A stretch of DNA of 45,029 nucleotides. Source: an uncultured Holophagaceae bacterium (GTDB taxonomy: Bacteria; Acidobacteriota; Holophagae; Holophagales; Holophagaceae). The notes under the pieces were generated by a model. The model was given only the letters and a program-made list of their open reading frames with translations, made no database searches and was not told the DNA's origin. Location: NCBI GenBank assembly GCA_903839205.1, contig CAIMBM010000170.1:1-45029 (forward strand). Direction: 5' to 3'. Position numbers and translations under genes: made by a program. This document shows, in pieces, positions 10,612-20,496 of the stretch (positions within the stretch are counted from its first letter, which is position 1; each line of letters starts with the position of its first letter).

Positions 10612-11646
10612 ATGACTCAAGACGATTCTGCCCCCCCGCGCCGGGTCCGCTACAAAGGCACGCACCCGCGGCGCTACGAGGAGAAGTACAAGGAACTCGC
10701 TCCGGCCCGGCACGCCGGCGAACTGGAGAAGGTCATGGCCCGGGGCCACACCCCGGCGGGGACCCATCGCCCGATCATGGTGGCGGAGATCCTGGAAGCG
10801 CTGAATCCGAGGCCGGGGGAACTGGCCCTGGACGCCACCCTGGGCTACGGGGGTCACGCCCGGGAACTCCTGCCGCGGCTGTTGCCCGGCGGGCGGCTCT
10901 TCGGCGTGGACGTGGACCCCCTGGAGCTGCCCCGGACCGAGGCCCGCCTGCGAAGCCTGGGTTTCGGGGAGGACGCGCTCGTCGTGCGCCGCATGAACTT
11001 CGCGGGGCTGCCCCGCCTGAAGGCGGAATCCGGCGGCTTCGACCTGGTGCTGGCGGATCTCGGGGTCTCCTCCATGCAGATCGACAATCCCGCCCGGGGC
11101 TTCACCTGGAAGGCCGAAGGCCCCCTGGACCTGCGGCTCAACCCCCAGCGCGGGCGCTCCGCCGCGGACCTGCTGGCCACCCTCGATGAAGGGTCCCTGG
11201 CGGAGCTGCTCCTGGAGAACTCGGACGAGCCCCACTCGGCGGCCATCGCGCGGGCGATCCACGGCCAGGCGATCCGGACCACCCGCCAACTGGCGGACTG
11301 CGTGCGGGCCGCCCTGCACGCCGAGCGACGCGATGCGGACGAGGCCAAGAAGGCCCTCCAGCGCACCTTTCAGGCCCTGCGCATCGCCGTGAACGACGAA
11401 TTCACCGTGCTGGACCAGTTCCTCTCGCTGCTGCCGGACTGCCTGAACCCCGGGGGCCGCGTGGCCATCCTCACCTTCCACTCCGGCGAGGACCGCCGCG
11501 TGAAGAAGGCCTTCCAGCAGGGACTTCGGGATGGGATCTATGCCGAGGTGGTGCCGGAACCCATCCGGGCCTCCCCGGAGGAACGGCGATCCAATCCCCG
11601 CTCCACCAGCGCGAAGCTGCGCTGGGCTCGGGTTCCCGCAGGCTGA
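10612..11646 (+). CDS. rsmH: 16S rRNA m4C1402 methyltransferase RsmH (MraW) family, with N-terminal extension
   Basis: HRPIMVAE, DATLGYGGH, ADLGVSSMQID..RGF, PLDLR, FQALRIAVNDE, LTFHSGEDRRVK, NPRSTSAKLR. Confidence 0.9.
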   Translation: MTQDDSAPPRRVRYKGTHPRRYEEKYKELAPARHAGELEKVMARGHTPAGTHRPIMVAEILEALNPRPGELALDATLGYGGHARELLPRLLPGGRLFGVDVDPLELPRTEARLRSLGFGEDALVVRRMNFAGLPRLKAESGGFDLVLADLGVSSMQIDNPARGFTWKAEGPLDLRLNPQRGRSAADLLATLDEGSLAELLLENSDEPHSAAIARAIHGQAIRTTRQLADCVRAALHAERRDADEAKKALQRTFQALRIAVNDEFTVLDQFLSLLPDCLNPGGRVAILTFHSGEDRRVKKAFQQGLRDGIYAEVVPEPIRASPEERRSNPRSTSAKLRWARVPAG

Positions 11647-11790
11647 ACCCTTCCCTCACGATGCGGTCGGAAGTGTCCGGCGAGCACTGACCAGGTTCCG
11701 GGGGACGGGGGCGCCCACCGAAAATCGGGCTCAACCCGCCCGAACCCGGAAGCGTATGCTTCCTGGACCCCCCTGAGCCCGGAGAGCGGC

Positions 11791-14700
11791 ATGCGAATTC
11801 CTCCCTTCATGACATTTGCAGTGATCCTGTCGGTTTCCCTCTGTGCCGTGGCGCAGATCGATGCCCGGCTGATGCGCTATCCCGACGTGTCGGCCACCCA
11901 GATCGCCTTCACCTACGCCAATGACATCTGGCTCGTCCCCAAAGCCGGGGGGGTGGCCCAGCGACTGTCCACGCCCAAGGGGGAGGAATCCTTCGCCCGC
12001 TTCTCTCCCGATGGGAAGGAGCTGGCCTTCAGCGGCGATTACGACGGCAACCTGGACATCTACGTCCTGCCCGTGACGGGCGGCGTCCCCACCCGGGTCA
12101 CCCACCACCCGATGGCCAACCGCATGGTGGACTGGACCCCCGACGGGAAGTCGCTGCTCTTTGCCTCCGGCATGGCGTCCGGCAAGAACCGGTTCAACAA
12201 GCTGTTCCGTGTTCCCAAGGGGGGCGGCCTCCCCGAGGCCCTGCCCTTGCCCTACGCGGAGTTCGGGGCCCTTTCTCCGGACGGCCGCATCCTCGCCTAC
12301 CAGCCCATCAGCCGGGAGTTCCGGACCTGGAAGCGGTACCGAGGGGGCATGGCCTCGGAGATCTGGTTCTTCGACCTGGAGAAGGGGACCGCGAGCCGTC
12401 TGCCCAGCGCCGAGGGATCCAATGATTCCATGCCCATGTGGTACGGCGGGAAGGTCTACTTCCTCTCGGACCGGGATGGGGTGAAGCGAAGCAACATCTG
12501 GTCCTACGACCTGGCCAGCGGGGCCTTCAGGCAGATCACCTTCTTCAAGGAGTTCGACGCCCACTTCCCCGCCATCGGCCCCGCCGACATCGTGCTCGAG
12601 GCCGGCGGCCACCTGTACCGCATCGAGCTGCCCGCCGAGAAGGTGGTGGAGGTGAAGGTGGAAGTGGTGACCGACCGGGCCACCCTGAAGCCCCGGGAGG
12701 AGAACGCCAGCAAACTGATCAGGAATGCCGACCTCTCTCCCCAGGGCAAGCGGGCCGTCTTCGAGGCGCGGGGGGAGCTCTTCTCCGTACCCGCGGAAAA
12801 GGGCTATGTCCTCAACCTGACCCGGACCCCGGGTGCCGCTGAACGGTTCCCTGCCCTGTCTCCGGACGGGAAGCAGGTGGCCTACTTCAGCGACCGCAGC
12901 GGCGAGTACGAGTTGTGCGTGAGGCCCGCGGACGGCTCCGGTGAGGAACGGCAGGTCACCCACCTGGGACCGGGATTCCGCTACCACATCAGCTGGTCCC
13001 CCGATGGCAAGCAGGCCGTCTTCGCCGATCAGGCCATGCGCATCAGCCTCTGCGACCTGGAGACTGGCCAGGTCCGGGAGGTGGACCGGGGCCTGCACCT
13101 CTTCGAAGGGGCCCTGGAGGAGTTCCGCGCCAGCTGGTCACCGGACAGCCGCTGGTTCGCCTACTCCCGGGACACCGCCAACCGGAACAGCGTGATCGCC
13201 CTCTACGACACGACGTCCCACCAGCACCATGACCTGACCTCCCCCTTCTTCGACGCCGGCTCCCCTGTCTTCGATCCCGAAGGAAAGTACCTGTTCCTCA
13301 CCACTGGCCAGCAGTTCAGCCCCACCTACAGCGACCTCGACAATACCTGGATCTATGCGGCCACCACCCGTCTCGCCGCACTCCCCCTGCGGAAGGATGG
13401 CGCGTCTCCGCTGGCTCCCCGCAACGATGCGGATGCCGCCAAGGACGAGAAGGCGAAGGCCGAGAAGAAGGCCGAAGGCGAGAAAAAGGAAGGCGGTGAA
13501 AAGCAGGAGGCCAGGCCCGTCGAGATCGACCTAGACGGGATCGAGGCCCGCATGGTGCTGCTGCCCCCCGCAGCTGGCTACTACATGGACCTGGCCGCCG
13601 CCAAGGGGAAGCTGGCCTACCGCCGGGCCGCTCAGCTGAACCGCGATGGCGAGACCAAGGCCACCCTCTATGTCTATGACTTCGAGGAGCGGGAGGAGAA
13701 GGCCGTCCTGGCGGATCTGGATGGCGCCCTCCTCAGCGGGGACGGGAACAAAGTACTCGTGAACCGGAAGCTCGACTTCGCCCTCATCGACCTCAAGCCC
13801 GACCAGAAATTCGACAAGAAGCTGCCCACGGGCGAGCTGATGATGACCGTGGATCCACCGGCGGAATGGCAGCAGATCTACAACGATGCCTGGCGCCTGG
13901 AGCGGGACATGTTCTATGACCCCGGCATGCACGGCGTGGACTGGAAGGCCATGAGGGCCCGCTACGGCAAGCTGCTCAAGGACTGCGTCACCCGCGAGGA
14001 CGTGAACTTCGTCATCGGTGAGCTCATCGCTGAGCTGAACTCCTCCCACACCTACCGCAGCGGCGGCGACCTGGAGGTGCCCTTGAAGGGGGCCACCGGC
14101 CTGCTGGGGGCGGACTTCTCCCTGGACCACGGCGCCTTCCGCATCAAAACCATCCTGCGCGGGGCCGTGTGGGATGCCCAGGCCAGGGCCCCCCTGGCCC
14201 AGCCTGGACTGAGGGTGAAGGAGGGCGACTACCTCCTCGCGGTGAACCGCATCCCCCTCGACACCCGCCAGGACCCCTGGGCCGCCTTCCAGGGACTGGC
14301 CGGCAAGACCGTCCTCCTCCTCACGGTCAATGACAAGCCCACCCTGGAGGGTGCCTGGGATGTCCTCGTGGACACCGTGCCCAGCGAGTACCCGCTCCGC
14401 TATGCGGCCTGGGTCGAGGCCAAGCGGGCCTATGTGGCGAAGGCCACCCAGGGTCGCATCGGGTATGTCTACGTGCCGGACACGGGCCTCGCGGGACAAA
14501 CGGATCTGGTCCGCCAGTTCCGCGGCCAGTGGGACAAGGCCGGCCTGATCATCGATGAACGCTTCAACAGCGGCGGCCAGATCCCCGACCGCTTCGTCGA
14601 GCTGCTCGGGCGGAAGACCCTCAACTACTATGGGGTGCGTGACGGCCAGGACTGGCAGTGGCCCGCCATCGCCCATGACGGTCCCATGGCCATGCTCATC

Positions 14701-15060
14701 AATGGCTGGAGCGGCTCCGGCGGGGACTGCTTCCCCTTCCTCTTCAAGCAGGCGGGCCTGGGACCGCTCATCGGCCAGCGCACCTGGGGCGGCCTCATCG
14801 GCATCAGCGGGGCGCCCCCCTTTGTTGATGGGGGCAGCGTGACGGTGCCCACCTTCGGCATCTACTCCAAGGAGGGCCAGTGGATCGTCGAGGGCCACGG
14901 CGTGGACCCCGACATCGAGGTGCTGGACGATCCCGCCCTCCTCGCCCAGGGCAAGGACCCCCAGCTGGACCGGGCCATCCAGGAGGTGGAGGCTGCCCTC
15001 AAGCGGCATCCCGTGGTGGCCACCCCCAAGCCCGCCTACCCCAACCGTTCGGGGTACTGA
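11791..15060 (+). CDS. Tricorn-like S41 protease (beta-propellers, PDZ, S41 domain), exported
   Basis: Signal peptide; RYPDVS start, WKRYRGG, repeated SPDG propeller motifs, ELNSSH, DERFNSGG, GSGGD catalytic Ser, GQRTWGG, EGHGVDPD. Confidence 0.9.
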   Translation: MRIPPFMTFAVILSVSLCAVAQIDARLMRYPDVSATQIAFTYANDIWLVPKAGGVAQRLSTPKGEESFARFSPDGKELAFSGDYDGNLDIYVLPVTGGVPTRVTHHPMANRMVDWTPDGKSLLFASGMASGKNRFNKLFRVPKGGGLPEALPLPYAEFGALSPDGRILAYQPISREFRTWKRYRGGMASEIWFFDLEKGTASRLPSAEGSNDSMPMWYGGKVYFLSDRDGVKRSNIWSYDLASGAFRQITFFKEFDAHFPAIGPADIVLEAGGHLYRIELPAEKVVEVKVEVVTDRATLKPREENASKLIRNADLSPQGKRAVFEARGELFSVPAEKGYVLNLTRTPGAAERFPALSPDGKQVAYFSDRSGEYELCVRPADGSGEERQVTHLGPGFRYHISWSPDGKQAVFADQAMRISLCDLETGQVREVDRGLHLFEGALEEFRASWSPDSRWFAYSRDTANRNSVIALYDTTSHQHHDLTSPFFDAGSPVFDPEGKYLFLTTGQQFSPTYSDLDNTWIYAATTRLAALPLRKDGASPLAPRNDADAAKDEKAKAEKKAEGEKKEGGEKQEARPVEIDLDGIEARMVLLPPAAGYYMDLAAAKGKLAYRRAAQLNRDGETKATLYVYDFEEREEKAVLADLDGALLSGDGNKVLVNRKLDFALIDLKPDQKFDKKLPTGELMMTVDPPAEWQQIYNDAWRLERDMFYDPGMHGVDWKAMRARYGKLLKDCVTREDVNFVIGELIAELNSSHTYRSGGDLEVPLKGATGLLGADFSLDHGAFRIKTILRGAVWDAQARAPLAQPGLRVKEGDYLLAVNRIPLDTRQDPWAAFQGLAGKTVLLLTVNDKPTLEGAWDVLVDTVPSEYPLRYAAWVEAKRAYVAKATQGRIGYVYVPDTGLAGQTDLVRQFRGQWDKAGLIIDERFNSGGQIPDRFVELLGRKTLNYYGVRDGQDWQWPAIAHDGPMAMLINGWSGSGGDCFPFLFKQAGLGPLIGQRTWGGLIGISGAPPFVDGGSVTVPTFGIYSKEGQWIVEGHGVDPDIEVLDDPALLAQGKDPQLDRAIQEVEAALKRHPVVATPKPAYPNRSGY

Positions 15061-15061
15061 C

Positions 15062-16129
15062 ATGAAGTCCTTGCGGTTCCTGTCGCTCGTCCTGCCGATG
15101 CTGTTGGCGGGACTCCTTTGGGCGCAGACACCCGTCGACGGGGATTTTCTCCTCCGGGACTTCCACTTCAAGTCGGGGGAAGTCGCAGCGGAATTGAGGA
15201 TCCACTACAGGACCTATGGTTCCCCCCGGCGGGACGCATCGGGGCAGGTGCGGAACGCCGTGCTCGTCCTCCACGGCACCACCGGCAGCGGAGCCCAGTT
15301 CGTCCGGCCCGAGTTCTCGGGCTGCCTCTTCGGCCCAGGCCAGCCCCTGGACGCCGACCACTATTTCCTCGTCCTGCCCGATGGGATCGGCCACGGGCAC
15401 TCCAGCAAGCCCAGCGACGGCCTCCACGCCCGGTTCCCCCGCTACGGCTACCTCGACATGGTCGAGGCCCAGCGCCGCCTCCTTGCCGAAGCCTTTGGCG
15501 TGACCCACCTCCGGCTGGTCATGGGCACCTCCATGGGCGGCATGCACACCTGGCTGTGGGGCCAACTCCACCCGGACATGATGGACGCCCTGATGCCCCT
15601 GGCCAGCCTGCCCACCCAGATCGCCGGGCGGAACCGCGTCTGGCGCCGCACCATCATCGATGCGATCCGGCACGATCCCCAGTGGGCGGGCGGCGACTAT
15701 GCCGCCCAGCCCCCCTCCCTGCGGACCGCCGCCCAGGTGCTCTACTTCATGGGAAGCAACCCCCTCCTGCGCCAGGAGGAGTCCCCTACCCTGGCCAAGG
15801 CGGATGCCAACCTCGACCGGTTCGTGGACGCTTATGTAAAGACCGCCGATGTCAACGACGTGCTGTATGCCGTGGAGGCCTCCTGGGACTACGATCCAGG
15901 GCCCGGGCTCGGGCGCATCCGGGCTCCCCTCCTGGCCGTGAATTCGGCGGACGACCTCATCAATCCACCCGAGCTGGGCATCCTGGAACGGGAGATCAGG
16001 CGGGTACCCGGTGGCAGGGCCGTGCTGCTGCCCCTGAGCCCCCAGACCCGCGGCCACGGCAGCCACACCCTGGCCGCACTCTGGAGCCGGGACCTGGCGG
16101 GGCTGCTAAAGCAGTCCGAGCCGCGTTAA
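15062..16129 (+). CDS. Alpha/beta hydrolase, homoserine O-acetyltransferase-like fold, with signal peptide
   Basis: NAVLVLHGTTGSG, GTSMGG nucleophile elbow, NSADD, GHGSH; hydrophobic N-terminus. Confidence 0.82.
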   Translation: MKSLRFLSLVLPMLLAGLLWAQTPVDGDFLLRDFHFKSGEVAAELRIHYRTYGSPRRDASGQVRNAVLVLHGTTGSGAQFVRPEFSGCLFGPGQPLDADHYFLVLPDGIGHGHSSKPSDGLHARFPRYGYLDMVEAQRRLLAEAFGVTHLRLVMGTSMGGMHTWLWGQLHPDMMDALMPLASLPTQIAGRNRVWRRTIIDAIRHDPQWAGGDYAAQPPSLRTAAQVLYFMGSNPLLRQEESPTLAKADANLDRFVDAYVKTADVNDVLYAVEASWDYDPGPGLGRIRAPLLAVNSADDLINPPELGILEREIRRVPGGRAVLLPLSPQTRGHGSHTLAALWSRDLAGLLKQSEPR

Positions 16130-16134
16130 GAGCT

Positions 16135-16893
16135 TTAGAGATTTTCCTTGAAGAAGTCCTTCATGTGCTGCCAGCTGCGGCGCTGGGCGGTCTCGTTGTA
16201 GGCCGCGCCCTTGCTGTTGTCGTTCCCCGCCTCCTTCTGGGTGAAAGCGTGAACGGCGCCGCTGTAGGCCACGAAGACATAGTCGGCCTTGGCCTTCCGC
16301 ATCTCGTCCTGGAAGGCGGCCACATCCTTGGCGGGCACGAAGGGATCGTCGGCCCCGTGGCAGACCAGCACCTTGGCCGAGACGGGGCCCGGCACGAAGC
16401 CCGCGGGCACATCCAGGCCGCCGTGGAAGGAGACCACGGCCTTCACGGGCAAGCCGGCACGGGCGGCCTCCAGGGCGCCGGTGCCCCCGAAGCAGAAACC
16501 GATGACCGCGATGCGGTTTCCGTCGACGCCCTTCTGCGCCTTGAGGGTCTCAAGGGCCGCGGCGATGCGGCGCCGGTAGAGGGCCCGGTCCCCCTTGTAG
16601 GTCATGGCCAGCTTGCCTGCCTCGCCGGTGTCCTTGGGATGCACCCCTTCGCCGTAGATGTCGGCCGCCAGGGCCACGTAGCCCAGGCGGGCCAGCTCAT
16701 CCGAGACATGCCGCTCGTGATCCGTGAGGCCCATCCACTGATGGACCACCACCACGCCCGGCACCTTGCCCTGAACGGTGGCGGGCCGGGCCACGTAGCC
16801 CGCGAGCTTCGTGGCGCCATCGGCGTAAGTCAGGGGCTGACCGGCGAGCATGGGGAGGGCGGCGAGGGAAAGGGCGAGGGCGGCGGCGCGCAT
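16135..16893 (-). CDS. Dienelactone hydrolase family protein with signal peptide
   Basis: HQWMGL, GFCFGG, SFHGGL, HGADDP, AVHAFT; AGGAGG RBS. Confidence 0.88.
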   Translation of the reverse strand: MRAAALALSLAALPMLAGQPLTYADGATKLAGYVARPATVQGKVPGVVVVHQWMGLTDHERHVSDELARLGYVALAADIYGEGVHPKDTGEAGKLAMTYKGDRALYRRRIAAALETLKAQKGVDGNRIAVIGFCFGGTGALEAARAGLPVKAVVSFHGGLDVPAGFVPGPVSAKVLVCHGADDPFVPAKDVAAFQDEMRKAKADYVFVAYSGAVHAFTQKEAGNDNSKGAAYNETAQRRSWQHMKDFFKENL

Positions 16894-16953
16894 GGGACCT
16901 CCTGGATGGGAATCCGATCCTATAGCTGTTCCAACTCGAATTCCAGTCCCTTG

Positions 16954-17409
16954 TCAGCGCCCGGTGCTGCCGTAGCCCCCGCCGCCCCGTTCCGTGTCGC
17001 CCAGGGCCTCCGGGCTGGGCTCGGGAACCCAGGTCCAGCTTTCCACGGAGGCCACGAGGAGCTGGGCGACGCGCTCGCCCCGGCGCAGCCCGAAGGGGGT
17101 TTCGCCATGGTTGATGAGCAAGACCTGCACCTCGCCCCGGTAGTCGGCATCGATGGTGCCGGGGGCATTGAGCACCGTGAGGCCATGGCGCAGGGCCAGG
17201 CCCGAGCGGGGGCGCACCTGCCCCTCGAAGCCCCGCGGCAGGGCCAGCACCAGGCCCGTGGGCACCAGCCGGCGCTGACCGGGGGCGATCTCCCAGGTCT
17301 CGCCCTCGGGGATGGCCGCCCGCAGGTCCATGCCCGCGGCGTGGGGCGTGGCGGCGGCGGGGAGGTCGAGGCCCAGGCCGTGGGGAAGCTGGTGGACGGG
17401 GATGCGCAT
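16954..17409 (-). CDS. dut: dUTP diphosphatase (trimeric)
   Basis: [43 protein letters not shown]. Confidence 0.95.
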   Translation of the reverse strand: MRIPVHQLPHGLGLDLPAAATPHAAGMDLRAAIPEGETWEIAPGQRRLVPTGLVLALPRGFEGQVRPRSGLALRHGLTVLNAPGTIDADYRGEVQVLLINHGETPFGLRRGERVAQLLVASVESWTWVPEPSPEALGDTERGGGGYGSTGR

Positions 17410-17533
17410 CTGAAAAGAGTCGACGGAAGGACCTGGCGGCGCAAAGGAAAATCGCACGACTCAAGGGCCCCCGGCCTGCCTACACTCGAGCTTCCGCCCA
17501 TGGACATCCAGGGCATCCATCCAGGGGGGTGAC

Positions 17534-18667
17534 ATGGCGCGCCGTGCCCGCAGCTGGCTCAGGCCGCTCCTGGCCACGACCTGCCTGGCGGTGGCCTGCC
17601 TGGCCTGCAAGCAGGAGGATCCGCAGATCCGCGCCCTGACGAAGCGGGCGGCCGAAGCCGATGAGGCGGCTCAGGAACTCCGGGAGGCCTGGAGTGCCCA
17701 GTTCCAGCGGCTCAGCCTGGCCGGGGTCAAGGGTATCCGGATCGACGCCGGGCCCATGGCACTGACGGAGAACCAGAAACGGGCCCTGGAGGCGCGGGTC
17801 AGACTCGAGAAGGACACGTCCCGCCGGGGCCTTCTCGTGGAGATCCTGGGCAAAGACGGGGAACTTCAGGCCCTGGAGGCCCGGTTGCGGGGTCTCAGGG
17901 CCGACCTTCCCATTCCCGAGATTGCGGCACCCAACGACAGCCACTACGGGTTGGCCCTGCGCTTCCTCAAGGGCCGCGGCCTGACGGACGCCCAGGCCCG
18001 GCTCGCCATCAGCCGCGTGGTCCTCGCGGAACGCCTCGCCCCGGGTTTCGAGGTCTACCACTTCTACAGCGACGGCAGGTACGGCACCTGGGTCTCCCAG
18101 GGCGGGGCCGCGGTCTCCCCTTGGGAGCTCGACGGCCGGCCCCCCAGCCCCTTGGCCCGCGAGCGGGACGAGGCCGTGGCCCATGGGCAGCGCCTCCAGC
18201 GGGAGCTGCGGACCCTGGGCGACCAGAAACAGCGCATCGAGGGTGAGATCGCCGCCATTCAGGCGGAACGGAGGCGCTTCCTCGAAGGCCGCGACCAGCT
18301 CCAGGGGGAGAACGAGGCGCAGCTGGCCAGGCTCCACTCCCTGCACTATCTGGTCGGGGTGCGGGAGACCCTGGAGAAGGAAGGCATCATCGAGGTTCCC
18401 CTGTTCGGCAGGGACCAGTCGGGCCGGAACTGGAAGGATGCGGTCTTCACCCGCAACCTGGACCTCCGCGCCGGCGCCAGCCTGGTCATCAGGGCCCGGG
18501 ACCTGGGTCTGAGCCAGATCGACAAGGTGAGCCTGGTCCCCGGGTCCTACCTCCCGGGTGAGCACTACCAGCTGACCATCAGCGCCGATCGGCAGACCGC
18601 CATCGTGGAACTGCTCACGATGCAGCGGTTCAAGAACGACAAGGTGGTCTTCGCCGTCACGGAGTGA
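17534..18667 (+). CDS. Putative lipoprotein with coiled coils and a C-terminal beta-rich domain
   Basis: Basic N-terminus, hydrophobic stretch, LAC lipobox; two heptad-rich segments; strong GC3 codon bias. Confidence 0.75.
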   Translation: MARRARSWLRPLLATTCLAVACLACKQEDPQIRALTKRAAEADEAAQELREAWSAQFQRLSLAGVKGIRIDAGPMALTENQKRALEARVRLEKDTSRRGLLVEILGKDGELQALEARLRGLRADLPIPEIAAPNDSHYGLALRFLKGRGLTDAQARLAISRVVLAERLAPGFEVYHFYSDGRYGTWVSQGGAAVSPWELDGRPPSPLARERDEAVAHGQRLQRELRTLGDQKQRIEGEIAAIQAERRRFLEGRDQLQGENEAQLARLHSLHYLVGVRETLEKEGIIEVPLFGRDQSGRNWKDAVFTRNLDLRAGASLVIRARDLGLSQIDKVSLVPGSYLPGEHYQLTISADRQTAIVELLTMQRFKNDKVVFAVTE

Positions 18668-18812
18668 GCCGACCCCACCCGGGCAGCTGTTAGCATGAGG
18701 GTTTGCAAGCTTTGTCAATCGGCAGCTGGCCCGGAACGGGATTGGCTGTGCAACTCCCCTGGAAGTTCGGTTCCCGGAACCGGGCGCCCTCAGGGCCATC
18801 GCCGGATCCACC

Positions 18813-19367
18813 ATGCCCTCCATCCTCGGCCACACACTGGCAGGCCTGTCCATCAGTGCGGCCTGCACCCAGGGGCGCCCCCCGAGGCGGATCTGGGTCC
18901 TGGCCGTGGCCTGCGCGGTGGCCCCGGATCTGGACTGGTTCACCGGGCTGTTCGGGATCCAGGATGGGCACAGCCTCTCCCACCGGGGCATGAGCCATTC
19001 CCTGCTGGCCGCGCTGCTCATCGCCGCACTGGCCATGCTGATCGGATTCCGGTCCCAGCTCCGGAGTCCCCGCCACTGGGCCTGCATGCTTTCGGCCGCC
19101 TTTTCCCACGGCCTGCTGGACGCCTGCACCTTCGGCGGAACAGGCGTGGCGTTCCTGGAACCTTTTTCCAAGGCCCGGTTCGTCTGCCTCTGGCAGCCCA
19201 TCTTCGTGTCTCCGATCCCCATGTCCGGCAGGCTCCTCGATTGGCTGCTGTTCTCCCTGGGCACCGAGATCCTTTGGATCGGCCTGCCGGCCTGCCTCGT
19301 GTTCATCGCCCCCCGGGCCATCGAGTGGTTCCGGCTGCGGGGGAAGCGGTCCGAAGAAACGCCCTGA
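18813..19367 (+). CDS. Inner-membrane metal-dependent hydrolase (YbcI/YdjM-like)
   Basis: GHT, PDLD, HRGMSHSL, SHGLLD motifs. Confidence 0.85.
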   Translation: MPSILGHTLAGLSISAACTQGRPPRRIWVLAVACAVAPDLDWFTGLFGIQDGHSLSHRGMSHSLLAALLIAALAMLIGFRSQLRSPRHWACMLSAAFSHGLLDACTFGGTGVAFLEPFSKARFVCLWQPIFVSPIPMSGRLLDWLLFSLGTEILWIGLPACLVFIAPRAIEWFRLRGKRSEETP

Positions 19368-19410
19368 GGGCTTCCCCGGGTCTGGTGGTCGCCCACCCGG
19401 GCCTGGCGCC

Positions 19411-20487
19411 TCAGCTCCCCTTGACCAGCTGCCCGCAGGCCCCCTGGACATCCCGTCCCCGGCTCCGGCGGACGGTGACGAAGCAGCCCCGGACCTTCAG
19501 CCACTCGGCGAACTGCTGCACGCGCGCCTCGCCGGGCTGGCGGAAGGGGCTGGCGGCGTGCTCGTTCATGGGGATGAGGTTCAGGTTGTGGGCCCGGCGC
19601 AGGTCCCCCAGCCAGGCCGCCAGCCGGTCGGCGTCGGCCTCGGTGTCGTTCTCGCCCGCCAGGAGCACGTACTCGAAACAGAACTTCTCGCCCCGCTTCA
19701 GGCCCCAGTCGTCCAGCGCACGGCGGAGCCGCGCCAGGTTCCAGACCCGGTTCACGGGCATGGTGCGGTTCCTCGCCGCGTCCGTCGTGGCGTTGAGGCT
19801 GAGGGCCAGCAGGGGGCGGGGTTCCAGCTTCGAGAGCCGCTCGATGCCGCTCACCAGGCCCGAGGTGCTCACGGTGATGCGCCCCTTCCCCAGGCCCAGG
19901 CCCGCCGGGTGGCACAGGAGGCGGATGGCCCGGTGCAGGTGATCGAGGTTGTGCAGGGGCTCGCCCATGCCCATGAAGACAAGCGTCAGCTCGTGCCCGC
20001 GAGCAGGCCCAAGCCCGGCCATGAGGGTCAGCACCTGGCCCAGGATCTCGCCGGCTTGCAGGTTGCGGAGGATGCCCATACTGCCCGTGGCGCAGAAGGT
20101 GCAACCCATGGCGCAGCCCACCTGGCTGGAGAGGCAGTAGGTCACCCTCGGATTCCGCACGGGCCTCGGCATGTGGACCGCCTCGATGCGCCTCCCGTCC
20201 GCCAGCTCCAGGACCAGCTTCGTGGCCCCATCGGACGAGGGCTGGCCGTCGACGAGGGCGGGCAGCCGAAGATCGGCCACCCCTTCCAGCCAGCGGCGGA
20301 TCGCAGGACCCAGGTCCGGGGCGCCGTCCTTCCAGGTCCAGGGGCGGTGCAGGCGCTTGAAGGTCTCCAGGGCGCTGCCGGGGCAGCCGAGTTCCGCCAG
20401 ATCCTCGGGAAGGAGCGACCAGGCACACGGGCGTCCCTCCCGCTCGGGAGCGGGGCGATCCCAGGGCTGGATCGGGGCCTCCGCCAT
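19411..20487 (-). CDS. rlmN: Radical SAM RNA methyltransferase, RlmN family
   Basis: CLSSQVGCAMGCTFCATG (CxxxCxxC), FMGMGEP, EYVLL, NLIPMN, RGRDVQGACGQL. Confidence 0.88.
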   Translation of the reverse strand: MAEAPIQPWDRPAPEREGRPCAWSLLPEDLAELGCPGSALETFKRLHRPWTWKDGAPDLGPAIRRWLEGVADLRLPALVDGQPSSDGATKLVLELADGRRIEAVHMPRPVRNPRVTYCLSSQVGCAMGCTFCATGSMGILRNLQAGEILGQVLTLMAGLGPARGHELTLVFMGMGEPLHNLDHLHRAIRLLCHPAGLGLGKGRITVSTSGLVSGIERLSKLEPRPLLALSLNATTDAARNRTMPVNRVWNLARLRRALDDWGLKRGEKFCFEYVLLAGENDTEADADRLAAWLGDLRRAHNLNLIPMNEHAASPFRQPGEARVQQFAEWLKVRGCFVTVRRSRGRDVQGACGQLVKGS

Positions 20488-20496
20488 GAGGCCCGC

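Noticed and set aside
14311-14325. CTC triplet run giving VLLLT in tricorn
   Set aside because: In-frame and only three to four units; not credible as phase variation
18679-18734. TTAGCA-N17-TGTCAA flanked by an imperfect IR (CIRCE-like site, or antisense TTGACA promoter)
   Set aside because: Spacing and inner bases do not match CIRCE (TTAGCACTC-N9-GAGTGCTAA); no good -10 at 16-18 bp from TTGACA
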